A DNA stretch of 64,000 nucleotides. Source: Anaerolineales bacterium. Lineage in GTDB: Bacteria > Chloroflexota > Anaerolineae > Anaerolineales > Villigracilaceae. The notes under the pieces are model-generated. The model was not told where the DNA came from. It worked only from the letters and a program-made list of their open reading frames with translations, and did not search any database. Of the stretch, positions 15,887-25,609 are shown piece by piece (the stretch's first letter is position 1; each line of letters opens with the position of its first letter). Location: NCBI GenBank assembly GCA_036524055.1, contig DATDCZ010000029.1:1042-65041 (forward strand). Direction: 5' to 3'. Both the position numbers and the translations under genes were made by a program.

Positions 15887-16680
15887 ACTTCCGGACAATC
15901 GTTCGGTACTGGCGCACGGTTCTGGTCGTCGGCGAGATGAGCCTGCGCATGGGGCTGACCGAGCCGTTCGTGATCTTCACGGTATTCATCCAGCCGATTT
16001 TGATTGCCGCGTTGGGGCTTTGGATGTTGCAGGGCAAGGGTGTTGAGGCGGCCATGTTCGTTGTTGTGGGGAGCGGCCTCACCGGCCTCTGGTCCAGCCT
16101 GCTCTTTATCTCTGGAAACAGCATCAATATCGAACGCTGGATGGGCACGCTGGAAACACTCGTCGGCCTCCCGACGCCCTTCGAGGTGATCGTCTTCGGT
16201 AAGAACCTGGCCAATGTGATCCAGAGTCTGGTAGCGATGGTTTTCGGTTACACCGTTGCGGTACTGTTCTTCGGCTACTCGCTCAGCATTCAGCAGCCGG
16301 TGATGTTCGCCGCATCCATCGTCTTCACCGTCGTCGCCTTTGTGTGCTTCGGGTTGATCATCGCTCCAGCGTTCGTGATGAACCCGGCAGTGCAGGGCTG
16401 GCAGAACGCTATGGAGTTCCCCATCTACGTGCTGTGCGGCTTCATGTTCCCGATCGCCCTGCTGCCCGGCTGGACGACTCCGGTCTCCTATCTGCTGCCG
16501 CCATATTGGGCAGCGGTTGCCCTCCACGGCACGTCCACGGGCGGTGCCACCCTGGCCCAAACCCTGACGGCATGGGGCATGCTGCTGTTGTTCTCTGTGA
16601 TCGACCTGTTCATAGCATCCTGGCTGTTTCGGGCGATGCTGTATAAGGCGCGCGCCGACGCGACGTTGGGCATGGAATGA
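15883..16680 (+). CDS. ABC-2 type transporter permease
   Basis: Six-helix hydrophobic protein. Its start overlaps the ATPase stop by 4 nt (ATGA). Confidence 0.8.
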   Translation: MNFRTIVRYWRTVLVVGEMSLRMGLTEPFVIFTVFIQPILIAALGLWMLQGKGVEAAMFVVVGSGLTGLWSSLLFISGNSINIERWMGTLETLVGLPTPFEVIVFGKNLANVIQSLVAMVFGYTVAVLFFGYSLSIQQPVMFAASIVFTVVAFVCFGLIIAPAFVMNPAVQGWQNAMEFPIYVLCGFMFPIALLPGWTTPVSYLLPPYWAAVALHGTSTGGATLAQTLTAWGMLLLFSVIDLFIASWLFRAMLYKARADATLGME

Positions 16681-16716
16681 TCCAGGTTCAAGTGACCGGG
16701 CACTAGTGAGGCAGGC

Positions 16717-17517
16717 ATGAAGAACTTCTTGAACGGATTCCGTCTATTCTGGCAGGGCGCCATCCTGGGCTATGTAGCCTTGTTCCACTGGCTGCGGCCC
16801 ATACAGTATGCTGCATCGAAGATCGTGATGCCGCTGGCACAGATGTTTTTCTTTGTCTACCTGGGGACCTTCGCCACCGGTCAGGACAATGCGGCCTTCT
16901 ATATCATCGGCAACGCGCTGCAGATCGCTGCCGTCAGCGGTATCTATGGCGTCACCATGTCGATCGGCGGTGAGCGCAATGAGGGGACGCTGCCGTACCT
17001 CTTCGGGGCGCCCGCCAACCGTATGCTGATCTTCCTTGGCCGCGCCTTCATGAACATCATTGACGGGGCCATCGGAGTGGTGATCGCCTTCTTCTGGGGC
17101 GTGGTGCTCATGGGCCTGGATCTTTCGCACACCAACATCGCTGCATTGGCGCTCACGATTGTCATCACTACCCTCAGCACTTGCGGATTCGGCTTGCTGC
17201 TCGGGAGTGTGGCGCTGGTAACAGTCAATGTCATGTTCATCAACAACCTGGTGTACTTCCTCCTGTTGATCTTCTCTGGCGCCAACGTGCCGCTGCAATC
17301 GCTACCTGCGTGGGTGCAGGCAATTTCGAGCGCGCTGCCTCTGACCCGCGGGATCGCCGCGGCGCGCCTGCTCGTTGGCGGCGCCAGCCTTGCAGAAGCC
17401 GGACCACTCCTCCTGGGAGAATTGGGCATCGGCCTGATGTACAGCCTCTTGGGCTATGTGCTCTTTACGGTCTTTGAAGTTGAGGCAAAGAAACGCGGCA
17501 CACTGGAACTTGCCTGA
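16717..17517 (+). CDS. ABC-2 type transporter permease (second subunit)
   Basis: Polytopic membrane protein of about the same size directly downstream of the first permease. Confidence 0.8.
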   Translation: MKNFLNGFRLFWQGAILGYVALFHWLRPIQYAASKIVMPLAQMFFFVYLGTFATGQDNAAFYIIGNALQIAAVSGIYGVTMSIGGERNEGTLPYLFGAPANRMLIFLGRAFMNIIDGAIGVVIAFFWGVVLMGLDLSHTNIAALALTIVITTLSTCGFGLLLGSVALVTVNVMFINNLVYFLLLIFSGANVPLQSLPAWVQAISSALPLTRGIAAARLLVGGASLAEAGPLLLGELGIGLMYSLLGYVLFTVFEVEAKKRGTLELA

Positions 17518-17531
17518 GCCAGTTCCGGTAC

Positions 17532-18026
17532 TTGCCAGGCCATCTCACGCACGCCCGTCCCGCGCCGAGGGGAACACACTGGAGGCCGACTTTGGAAGCT
17601 AGCATCCCGGATGACTGGGTCCAAACCCGAGGCTACCATGGCTCGGGCTTCATGCCACTGGTCGCATTCTCAAGCTGGCGCGTCGCCATCCTTCGACCGG
17701 ACGCGGCCCAATCCCCCGGCCTCGTGACGCAAATGGAAAGACACACTGAAACCGATGAAGTCTTCGTCCTCACGAAGGGCGAGGGTATGCTGCTGTTGGG
17801 TGGGATCGGGCCGTACGTTGAGGGTTTGCAGCCGTGTCGAATGCAGTTGGGGACGATCTACAATGTGCGCAAGAATTCCTGGCACGCCATTCTGCTGAGT
17901 CCGGATGCCAGCGTGCTTATCGTCGAGAACGCCGATACGGGAACCCAAAACACCGAATATGAGGACTTGTCGCCGCAGTTGCGCTCGGCGACGCGGCAGA
18001 TAGCAATCCGCGAGGGGCTGGCGTAG
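17532..18026 (+). CDS. Hypothetical protein, possibly cupin-fold
   Basis: ERHTETDEVFVLTKGEGMLLLG...WHAILLS resembles a cupin-like beta barrel. Start uncertain (TTG 17532 or ATG 17652). Confidence 0.4.
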   Translation: MPGHLTHARPAPRGTHWRPTLEASIPDDWVQTRGYHGSGFMPLVAFSSWRVAILRPDAAQSPGLVTQMERHTETDEVFVLTKGEGMLLLGGIGPYVEGLQPCRMQLGTIYNVRKNSWHAILLSPDASVLIVENADTGTQNTEYEDLSPQLRSATRQIAIREGLA

Positions 18027-18053
18027 CCTTAGGATTCTCAGGACTGCTATCTG

Positions 18054-19505
18054 CTATCTGCGGCGCGTGCCCAGCAGGGCGCCCATGATACCGCGGGCCA
18101 CCTCGCGCCCGATCTGACGGCCGAGGGGGCTGTTGGCAGCTTTGAGGACTTTGTCGAACGCCGTGGGTTCGGGCTTTGTGCGCGCACCGGGAACTCCCGC
18201 CGCAGCGGCTGCGCCCGCGGCCGAGGTCGTCCGGGCCTGCAATTTCTCGTAGGCCGACTCCCGATCCATGACGTTCTCATACTTGCCTGCCAACGTTGAG
18301 CTGCGGATGATCTGTTTGCGCAGCTCGGGCGGAATCGGCCCGATCTGTCCCCGTGGTGGAAGCATGAACGCCCGCTCGACGATGCCGGGCATGCCTTTCG
18401 GGTCCAGCATCGAAACAAGCGCCTCACCAACTCCCAACTGTGTGATGGCCTCGGCTACGTCGAGTTTGGGGTTGGTACGAAAGGTCTGTGCCGCTGACTT
18501 GACTGCTTTCTGATCCAGGGGGGTAAAGGCCCGCAGAGCATGCTGCACCCGATTACCAAGCTGTCCTAACACCGTCATGGGCACATCCATGGGATTCTGC
18601 GTGACGAAGAACACGCCGACGCCCTTGGATCGAATAAGTCGGATAACCTGCTCAACCTTTTCCAGGAGCGCCTTCGGCACATCGGTGAAAAGCAAATGCG
18701 CCTCATCAAAGAAGAAGACCAGCTTCGGTTTCTCGGGATCTCCAACCTCCGGCAAAGTCTCAAAGAGCTCCGAAAGCAGCCAAAGCAGGAAGGCCGTGTA
18801 GGTCTTTGGCGAGAGCATTAGCCTTTCGGAGGCAAAAACGTTGATCATGCCCCGCCCTTCTGAATCCGTGCGCATCATATCGGTCAGGTCCAGGGCGGGT
18901 TCGCCAAAGAACATGTCGGCGCCCTGCTCCTGGATGGTGAGCAGACTTCGCTGGATGGCACCGATGGTTGCGCCGGTAATGTTTCCGTACTTGGTTTGGA
19001 ATTCGTGGGCGTTATTGCCGATGAACTGAAGCATGGCCTGCAGGTCCTTGAGATCCAGCAGATCCATGTCGTTGTCATCTGCGATCTTGAAGACCAGGCT
19101 GAGCACGCCGCTTTGGGTCTCGTTGAGGTCGAATAGTCGTGAAAGGATGAGCGGGCCCATCTCGGAGACCGTGGCCCGTACGGGATGCCCTTGCTCGCCA
19201 AAGATATCCCAGAAGGTGACGGGGTATCCCTCGTAGGAAAAGTCCTTCAGCTTCAGCAGCTCGACGCGCTCTTTCACTTTCTTGTTGAGATCTGAACCCG
19301 GCTGGCTGATGCCGGCCAGGTCACCTTTGACGTCGGCCATGAAGACGGAGACTCCTGCGCGGCTGAGGCCCTCGGCGACGACCTGCAGGCTGACGGTCTT
19401 GCCGGTGCCGGTCGCGCCCGCGATCAGTCCATGCCGGTTGGCCATCTGGGGCAGAAGGGCTATCTCTTCTTTATCATTCTTTGCAACCAGAATTGGTTCA
19501 GCCAT
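18054..19505 (-). CDS. HerA-like P-loop NTPase (DUF853 / YjgR family)
   Basis: Walker A GATGTGKT, Walker B LVFFFDEAHLLF, FFVTQNP motif; size and order match the YjgR family. Confidence 0.85.
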   Translation of the reverse strand: MAEPILVAKNDKEEIALLPQMANRHGLIAGATGTGKTVSLQVVAEGLSRAGVSVFMADVKGDLAGISQPGSDLNKKVKERVELLKLKDFSYEGYPVTFWDIFGEQGHPVRATVSEMGPLILSRLFDLNETQSGVLSLVFKIADDNDMDLLDLKDLQAMLQFIGNNAHEFQTKYGNITGATIGAIQRSLLTIQEQGADMFFGEPALDLTDMMRTDSEGRGMINVFASERLMLSPKTYTAFLLWLLSELFETLPEVGDPEKPKLVFFFDEAHLLFTDVPKALLEKVEQVIRLIRSKGVGVFFVTQNPMDVPMTVLGQLGNRVQHALRAFTPLDQKAVKSAAQTFRTNPKLDVAEAITQLGVGEALVSMLDPKGMPGIVERAFMLPPRGQIGPIPPELRKQIIRSSTLAGKYENVMDRESAYEKLQARTTSAAGAAAAAGVPGARTKPEPTAFDKVLKAANSPLGRQIGREVARGIMGALLGTRRR

Positions 19506-19808
19506 TTGGTCTCCCGGAGAAGTCGATTTTGCAACTCAAGAGGCATGCGCAGCTGCCTCTTGGCATGCGGCATCGCGCAAATCCGAATCATTATAATTGA
19601 TGGGTACTCTGGTTTGTGAGTCTCCCCGCAGGATGTATGAATGCACGATCGTCTTCCCCCTTCATCCTGGACAACTAGATGGCATTGCGCTGCGCCAGAG
19701 CCGGGGCATCCCCGGACGTACCATGACAAATCAGAGGGGAGCACGTAGCGCACTAGGTTGATCCGAGCTGATCAAACCCGGATACGCGCCACCGCCCCCG
19801 GTGAATCT

Positions 19809-19979
19809 TTATAGCCCTTCGAAGAGATTGCCGGCAGCAAGAACCACAAAGCCCACAACCACGAGCCAGACTGCCGATCCTGAAAGACCCGTGCCGGGAA
19901 GAAACGTGACCAGCACGCCAACGACCGCCAGCCCGATAGCGATCCAAAATGTAGTGTTTCTTGGGGGACTCAAGTTCAA
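19809..19979 (-). CDS. Small two-helix membrane protein (hypothetical)
   Basis: Hydrophobic segments FWIAIGLAVVGVLVTF and AVWLVVVGFVVLAAG. TTG 19979 has GGAGG 5 nt upstream; the ORF track gives a longer version from 20051. Confidence 0.4.
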   Translation of the reverse strand: MNLSPPRNTTFWIAIGLAVVGVLVTFLPGTGLSGSAVWLVVVGFVVLAAGNLFEGL

Positions 19980-20101
19980 AACGACCTCCGCAGGACTAGC
20001 CCAAAGGAACCTTCTGGTTCCGCGTGTCAGAAGGGCCGCAGATGGCTGCATTCAGCGCGGAGAGTGGAGTCACTCGGCGCGCGCATCGCTCGGCGTGGAC
20101 T

Positions 20102-20491
20102 CTAGTGTCCCGCGTGGGCCTCGGCGGCCTCTGCCGCGGCCTTATCCTTATGGATCGTACCATCGGGATGGTTGGGCGGAGAGTACACGGTGTATAGCTT
20201 CAACAGCTCCGTCTTTGACGTGTTGATCACGTTGTGAAACGTGCCAGCCGGAATGATGACGGCATCGGTGCTGTGGGCGACGTACTTCTCTGTGTCGTTG
20301 AGGATGAAAGTCGCTTCACCCTGCTCGAGTCGGAAGAATTGATCGACCTCGGGATGCATCTCGCGCCCAATTTCCTCCCCCGGCTTCAGGCACATCACCA
20401 CGAGCTGACAGAACTTGCCGGTGAAGAGCACCTGTCGGAAGTACGAATTCTTCAGGGTGAGATCTTCTATGGATCCGAAGAAGCCTTTCAT
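20102..20491 (-). CDS. Cupin domain protein
   Basis: GEEIGREMHPEVDQFFRLEQGEA...IIPAGTFHNV are cupin motifs 1 and 2. ATG 20491 has GGAGG upstream (ORF track start 20635). Confidence 0.75.
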   Translation of the reverse strand: MKGFFGSIEDLTLKNSYFRQVLFTGKFCQLVVMCLKPGEEIGREMHPEVDQFFRLEQGEATFILNDTEKYVAHSTDAVIIPAGTFHNVINTSKTELLKLYTVYSPPNHPDGTIHKDKAAAEAAEAHAGH

Positions 20492-20532
20492 TAGCAGCCT
20501 CCTTCTCGCAACATGCTTCCGTGGAGAAAATG

Positions 20533-20568
20533 ATTCTGACCCCGTTCCATCTGGAACGGGGTCAGAAT
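20533..20568 (-). terminator. Terminator hairpin downstream of the DUF4332-like gene
   Basis: ATTCTGACCCCGTTCC-ATCT-GGAACGGGGTCAGAAT, a 16-bp perfect stem. A T-run (cattttctc) follows on the minus strand. Confidence 0.7.
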
Positions 20569-20589
20569 GGACATACTGGCTACCGTGGA

Positions 20590-20997
20590 CTAGTACTTGA
20601 CGATTCGGGGTAGGCGCTTGGCCTGGGCGACCCATTTGCCGACCTGCTTACGTGCCGGCATCTGGTTCACCAGGTTCTTCTTGGCGTTGATCGCAAGCAT
20701 CTTTTCGTAGAGTTTTTTTGGATCGCGCTTGGCCAGTTCGACAACCGTATCAACGCCGGCTTCCTCCAGCAGGTCAGAGTATTCGCTGCCGACACCCTTG
20801 ATGCGATACAGGTCGGCCAGATTGACCCATTCCAGGATCAGCTTCCCGCCGATTCCAGTCTTGGCTGTGATCTCCTTGCGGCCCTTGGGAGTTGCGCCCT
20901 TTGTCAGAAGGCCACCCGTGCCACGAATGCCTACTTTGATGAGTTTGCGAGCATAAACGGGGCCGATGCCTTCGATATCTGCGATTCCCATCGTCAT
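20590..20997 (-). CDS. DUF4332-like helix-hairpin-helix protein
   Basis: IADIEGIGPVYARKL and LYRIKGVGSEYSDLLEEAGVDTV are HhH repeats typical of the DUF4332 family. Confidence 0.7.
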   Translation of the reverse strand: MTMGIADIEGIGPVYARKLIKVGIRGTGGLLTKGATPKGRKEITAKTGIGGKLILEWVNLADLYRIKGVGSEYSDLLEEAGVDTVVELAKRDPKKLYEKMLAINAKKNLVNQMPARKQVGKWVAQAKRLPRIVKY

Positions 20998-21216
20998 CTC
21001 CTTTGATCATGACCACCGCGCGACCCGCATTGGCCCGCAGTGGAATACTGTATCTGCATTGTACAGCATCGCCCTGCAACATTCAATGGGGGTCGCCCGC
21101 GCACCGCATTGCTATTGAAATCGGACTCGCGCACCGCGTTCAATCAACTCGCCGACGCTGAGGCGAGATTCCGGGGAGAGCAGTACTGGGAATCCATGTA
21201 TTCCGCTGCTATGGCC

Positions 21217-22122
21217 TCAGAGCAGCGGCAGCAAATACTCATAAGCGCTGAGCGCGGCCTTGGCTCCTTCTCCCACGGCCACAAGCACCTGCTCTGCGTA
21301 GCCACTTGCCACATCCCCGGCCGCGAATACGCCTGGAACGCTGGTGTGGTTGGCGCCATCCACGATGACGTGGCCGCGCCCGTCGAGCTGGACCAGATCC
21401 TTCACCATGTCGGAGTTGGGCGTCAGGGCCTTCTCAACGAACATGGCATCAGCTTCGTATTTGGTAGTTGTGCCGGCGGCGTCTTTCAGGACGAGCGAGC
21501 GGGCGTACTCGTCACCCTGTACCTCAACCACCTCACGTCCCGGGAGGATCGTGACGTTTGGGGCGCTCTTCAGCTTGTTGCCAAGCGGCGAATCGAACAT
21601 CTTGTCGCTGGCACAAACCATATACAGGTGCTTGGCAACGGTAGCCAATTCGCCGCCCGAGCGGAGGGCCAGATCGTCGTCGCCTATGACGATGCTGGTC
21701 TTGTCGATGAAGAGTGGGGCATAGCTCACCGCCGAGTAGCACAGACCCTTCATCGTGAATTCCTTTTCCCCGGGAACGCCCATGCGGACTTGGCGCGCGC
21801 CGGTCGCAATGATCACGGCCTTGGCCTCAAGACCCTGCCCGCCCTTTGTAGTTATGGCGAAGCCGCCATTCTTGCGCGCCACTTTCTGCACGTCATCCAG
21901 GTGGCGGGCAAAGTCCAGGTACTCAAGCTCGCTGCGGAACTTGTTGACCACCTCCAGTCCCCGCACTACCTGGTACTCATGAATCCACGGAAGAGCCAGA
22001 CGGTAGTTGGTCTTGCCACCGAAGTCCTTGGTGAGCAGGAGGACGTTGATGCGCTTGCGGATCGCGTAGATGGCGGCTGTGAGGCCCGCCGGCCCGCCGC
22101 CGATGATGATCAGGTCGTACAT
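21217..22122 (-). CDS. Thioredoxin-reductase-like FAD/NAD(P)-dependent oxidoreductase (no CxxC redox motif seen)
   Basis: YDLIIIGGGPAGLTAAIYA FAD motif and GVFAAGDV near the C-terminus. GLCYSAVSYAP occupies the position of the TrxB CATC motif. Confidence 0.75.
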   Translation of the reverse strand: MYDLIIIGGGPAGLTAAIYAIRKRINVLLLTKDFGGKTNYRLALPWIHEYQVVRGLEVVNKFRSELEYLDFARHLDDVQKVARKNGGFAITTKGGQGLEAKAVIIATGARQVRMGVPGEKEFTMKGLCYSAVSYAPLFIDKTSIVIGDDDLALRSGGELATVAKHLYMVCASDKMFDSPLGNKLKSAPNVTILPGREVVEVQGDEYARSLVLKDAAGTTTKYEADAMFVEKALTPNSDMVKDLVQLDGRGHVIVDGANHTSVPGVFAAGDVASGYAEQVLVAVGEGAKAALSAYEYLLPLL

Positions 22123-22140
22123 GGCGTCTCCTTTTCGGAA

Positions 22141-23544
22141 TCAATAGGCCGACTTGATGGTTTCGAGGTCCACATCGAGCTTGCCGTCGTCCGGCGGAGG
22201 CTCAAGGATGAAATGCTCTTCCATCATCATGCGCGTGAGGTCACGCGATCGTTTTATGATCTGCGACGCATTGGTAAACTCCGCATCGTAGGTAGTGGGC
22301 TTGGTCGCCAAACCCTGTTCCACAGCCTTCATCGCTACCGCGGCAGCTTCACGCGGGAAAACCTCCCAATCATCCATGTCCGGCAGGATGTGCTCCGGAT
22401 CCAGGCGCTTTCCGACATGATCAGCAAGTGCCTGGGCAGCTGCGAAGCACATTTCGTCGGTAATTGTGCGCGCCCGAACATCTAGTGTGCCGCGAAAGAT
22501 GCCGGGGAAACCCAGCGAGTTGTTCACCTGATTCGGGAAATCCGAACGCCCCGTGGCAACCACAGCCGCGCCAGCCTCCTTGGCCTCCCAAGGCCAGATC
22601 TCCGGGACGGGATTGGCGCAAGCGAAGACGATGCTGTCCTTGGCCATGGCTTTCACCCACTCCGGTAGCAGGACTCCGGGGCCGGACTTGGAAAGGGCGA
22701 TGGTGACATCCGCGCCCTTCATGGCCTCGGCAATATCGCCCTGCCGCCCCTCTGCGTTGGTGATATTGCACAGCTTCCACTTGTCCTTGTACTCAGCTTT
22801 GCGCATTTCAAGATCCTTGCGATGCTTGCCAAGGATGCCCTTGCTATCAACCATGAAACATTTCGCCGGATCGGCGCCCCATCCGAAAATCAGGCGGGAG
22901 CATGCAACATTGGACGCGCCGGACCCTATGAAGGCGATTTTGACTTCGCTCATCTTCTTGCCGACCACTTTCAGAGCGTTGATTAGGCCGGCCAGGGTTA
23001 CCGTGGCAGTTCCCTGTTGATCATCATGCCAGACGGGTATCTCGGCCTTTTCTCGCAGGGTGTCAAGGATATAGAAGCATTTGGGCTGGGCAATATCCTC
23101 GAGGTTTACGCCGCCCGCTCCCGGCTGAAGCATGAGGACGGTATTGATGATGGCATCGGGATCCTTGGTGTCGAGCATGATCGGAAATCCATCGACGCCG
23201 CCAAGGTACTTGTATAGCAGAGCCTTGCCCTCCATGACGGGAAGACCGGCCTTCGGACCAATGTCGCCCAATCCCAGGACGCGTGTGCCGTCACTCACGA
23301 CGATGACGGTATTCCACTTGTTGGTGTACTCGTACACGAGCTCGGGATCAGCCTGGATGGCCTTGCACGGCGCCGCCACACCCGGGGTGTACCAAATGGC
23401 GAAGTCATTGAAGCTGTGAACGGTGCATTTGAGTGTGGTCTCGATCTTCCCCCGATAGAAAGGATGCATTTTCATGGCATCAGCCGAAGGTTTCTTGGCC
23501 TTTGCGAGGAGTTCGTCGACGTTCATGGTGTCCCTATCCTCCAA
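22141..23544 (-). CDS. NAD(P)-dependent malic enzyme
   Basis: FAIWYTPGVAAPC, VVSDGTRVLGLGDIG and FIGSGASNVA dinucleotide motif; 467 aa with no PTA domain. Confidence 0.9.
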   Translation of the reverse strand: MEDRDTMNVDELLAKAKKPSADAMKMHPFYRGKIETTLKCTVHSFNDFAIWYTPGVAAPCKAIQADPELVYEYTNKWNTVIVVSDGTRVLGLGDIGPKAGLPVMEGKALLYKYLGGVDGFPIMLDTKDPDAIINTVLMLQPGAGGVNLEDIAQPKCFYILDTLREKAEIPVWHDDQQGTATVTLAGLINALKVVGKKMSEVKIAFIGSGASNVACSRLIFGWGADPAKCFMVDSKGILGKHRKDLEMRKAEYKDKWKLCNITNAEGRQGDIAEAMKGADVTIALSKSGPGVLLPEWVKAMAKDSIVFACANPVPEIWPWEAKEAGAAVVATGRSDFPNQVNNSLGFPGIFRGTLDVRARTITDEMCFAAAQALADHVGKRLDPEHILPDMDDWEVFPREAAAVAMKAVEQGLATKPTTYDAEFTNASQIIKRSRDLTRMMMEEHFILEPPPDDGKLDVDLETIKSAY

Positions 23545-23720
23545 GTCACCTACCCCAGGTTTCTCAGTTCAGGACCTGCGCCCATGTGCCTTGAGCCAAG
23601 GTATTCAATTGCTTGCCCCCATCCAGTTGCCCCCAGATGCCCACCCTATACACTTCCCAACGACAGCCCCACGATTAAGTAAGGTCAAGGTCCGCGAGTC
23701 TTCTGTGTCTTCCCGTTCTC

Positions 23721-25226
23721 CTAAGCCGGGGAAGCCCATTTCGTCGCCACGCCCGCAGTTTGAGGCGGCACAAATGCCGGCGACAGAAGTCCGGCTTCGG
23801 TTACGAGGCGCGGCACGATCTCCTCCCAGCCGACGGCCATGATATGGAGGCCATTCACGCCTTGGCCCTCGAACTTCCGTATCTGTTCGATCAATTCGAG
23901 CGAGATCTGGAGGCCCTCCTCGGCTGGATTTCCCTGTTTGTCGGCGGTTTCCATACGGTGCATGAGAGAGGACGGCATGACGACACCCGGTATCTCATCC
24001 TTCATGTGGCGTGCCATCCTCAAGCTCTTTAGAGGCGTGACACCAATCAGGATGAAGACCTTGTCCAGAATGCCACGCCGGGCCAGCTCATCAAGCCAGA
24101 TTTCAAGGCGCGCCGCGTCGTACACCAAATTCGTTTGGAAGAATTGTGCACCGGCATTGACTTTCTTGTGCTCGCGCAAAGCCTGGAAGCGAGGCTCGGA
24201 GGCAAAGGGGGAAGCGGCGGCTCCGAGGAAGAAGCGCGGCGGTGCCTTGATCTCCCGACCATCCAGGTAGATTCCCTCATCGCGCATCCGCCGCAGGATC
24301 CAAAGCATCTGCACCGCATCAACGTCGTTGATGTCCATCCGTCCACGGGGCGCCGGCGACATCTTCATGCTGTCGCCGGAAATGCATAGCATGTTGTGGA
24401 TGCCCAGATCAGCCGCGCCCATGACCTCCGACTGCAGGCCGACGCGTGTGCGGTCGCGGGCGGCGATCTGCATCACGGGCTCAGCGCCCTCCCGCAGAGC
24501 CAGAACAGAGCATGCCCAGGATGCCGTCCGAGGCGCCGCGGAGGGGCTGTCGGTGAAGTTGATGGCCGCGACATACGGCTTGATCAGCTCAATGTTTCTC
24601 AGAAGCCTGTCCAGGTTGGTCGAGACAGGCGGTGCAACCTCGGCGGTAATGACGAATTCGCCCGCCTTGAGTCGACGCTCCAGTTCAGACGCGGGCTGAT
24701 CATGAGCCGGAGCATGATATGCACTGTCGCCTCGCCACCAGTCCGGCTGACGCACGGGTCTGAAGATCGAGTCCCAGGTCCGGGCGCGCTTGTTGACATC
24801 ACGGGACAACAGCCCCGCGGCAACTTTTCGGGTGCCAAGCTTCCCGACCTGCCTAGCCACGTCGCCCCAGGTCTCACCTCCGACTTTATCCCAATCCATC
24901 GGCGGGAGGACTTCAAGCAGCATCTCCTGCCGGTTCAGGCGGTAAGCGCGGTCGTAGATGCGATACCAGATGCAGGGCCGGGTCTCGTCCACGTAACAGT
25001 GGTCCTCGGTCGAGCCCCCACATGGCCCGTTGCGAACTCCTTTTGGGCACTCCATCGGGCAGATGAAAGCCGTTTCCTGAAGAAGGCAGTTACCGCACAT
25101 GCGGCAGCCGAAGAGCGGCCCCTTAACCGCGATCTCTACTGCCTGCAGAACGCGCTGGCCGAGTGACTTCCTGGCGAAAGGTGAGTATGGTGGCTGCCAA
25201 CGCCGACCTGGAGTAAACACTGGCAT
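23721..25226 (-). CDS. metF: Methylenetetrahydrofolate reductase fused to an N-terminal Cys-rich MetV-like (MTHFR C-terminal-domain-like) module
   Basis: N-terminus has CRMCGNCLLQETAFICPMECPKGVRNGPCGG. The remainder is a MetF-like TIM barrel (FVITAEV.P...INFTDS...QFFQTNLVYD). ATG 25226 has GGGAGA 6 nt upstream. Confidence 0.8.
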   Translation of the reverse strand: MPVFTPGRRWQPPYSPFARKSLGQRVLQAVEIAVKGPLFGCRMCGNCLLQETAFICPMECPKGVRNGPCGGSTEDHCYVDETRPCIWYRIYDRAYRLNRQEMLLEVLPPMDWDKVGGETWGDVARQVGKLGTRKVAAGLLSRDVNKRARTWDSIFRPVRQPDWWRGDSAYHAPAHDQPASELERRLKAGEFVITAEVAPPVSTNLDRLLRNIELIKPYVAAINFTDSPSAAPRTASWACSVLALREGAEPVMQIAARDRTRVGLQSEVMGAADLGIHNMLCISGDSMKMSPAPRGRMDINDVDAVQMLWILRRMRDEGIYLDGREIKAPPRFFLGAAASPFASEPRFQALREHKKVNAGAQFFQTNLVYDAARLEIWLDELARRGILDKVFILIGVTPLKSLRMARHMKDEIPGVVMPSSLMHRMETADKQGNPAEEGLQISLELIEQIRKFEGQGVNGLHIMAVGWEEIVPRLVTEAGLLSPAFVPPQTAGVATKWASPA

Positions 25227-25609
25227 GCAGGGTCTCCCTACTTGTGCGGCTTCGAATGAGGCCTCCCACCCGACAGCGCCCACTGGCGGGCGTTCCAGCC
25301 CCGATATCTCCCAGCATATACAACTGGAGACTCTCGGCGGTCAATGTCCGAGGAGCCGGCCCGTGTAACATCTTCATTGTAGACAATAGCAGGGGGATAG
25401 CCAGTGTCTTTCGTCTCTATGGCATAGATGACATCAATCTACTCCTCAGGGTGGAACTCGGGAGGTTGGCGAAATTGGCACCGGGCGCCCTTCCGAGAGG
25501 CTTTTCCCCATGCCGTGCCGTCCGGTTGAACCAGCCTGTTCGGCGGCCTCTGCGCCCGCGCCGAATCCACCCCCGGCAGTGCGACCGCCTGCGAGCTGAT
25601 TTCGATATT

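Noticed and set aside
21046-21067. TACTGTATCTGCATTGTACAGC, which superficially resembles an E. coli-type SOS box (CTGT-N8-ACAG)
   Set aside because: The spacing is wrong (CTG-N13-CAG instead of N10). The other two candidate boxes in the window are of the GAAC-N4-GTTC type, so this is probably an unrelated imperfect palindrome upstream of the DUF4332-like gene.
21040-22485. 481-aa plus-strand ORF
   Set aside because: It is antisense to the TrxR-like and malic-enzyme genes, with no recognisable motifs.
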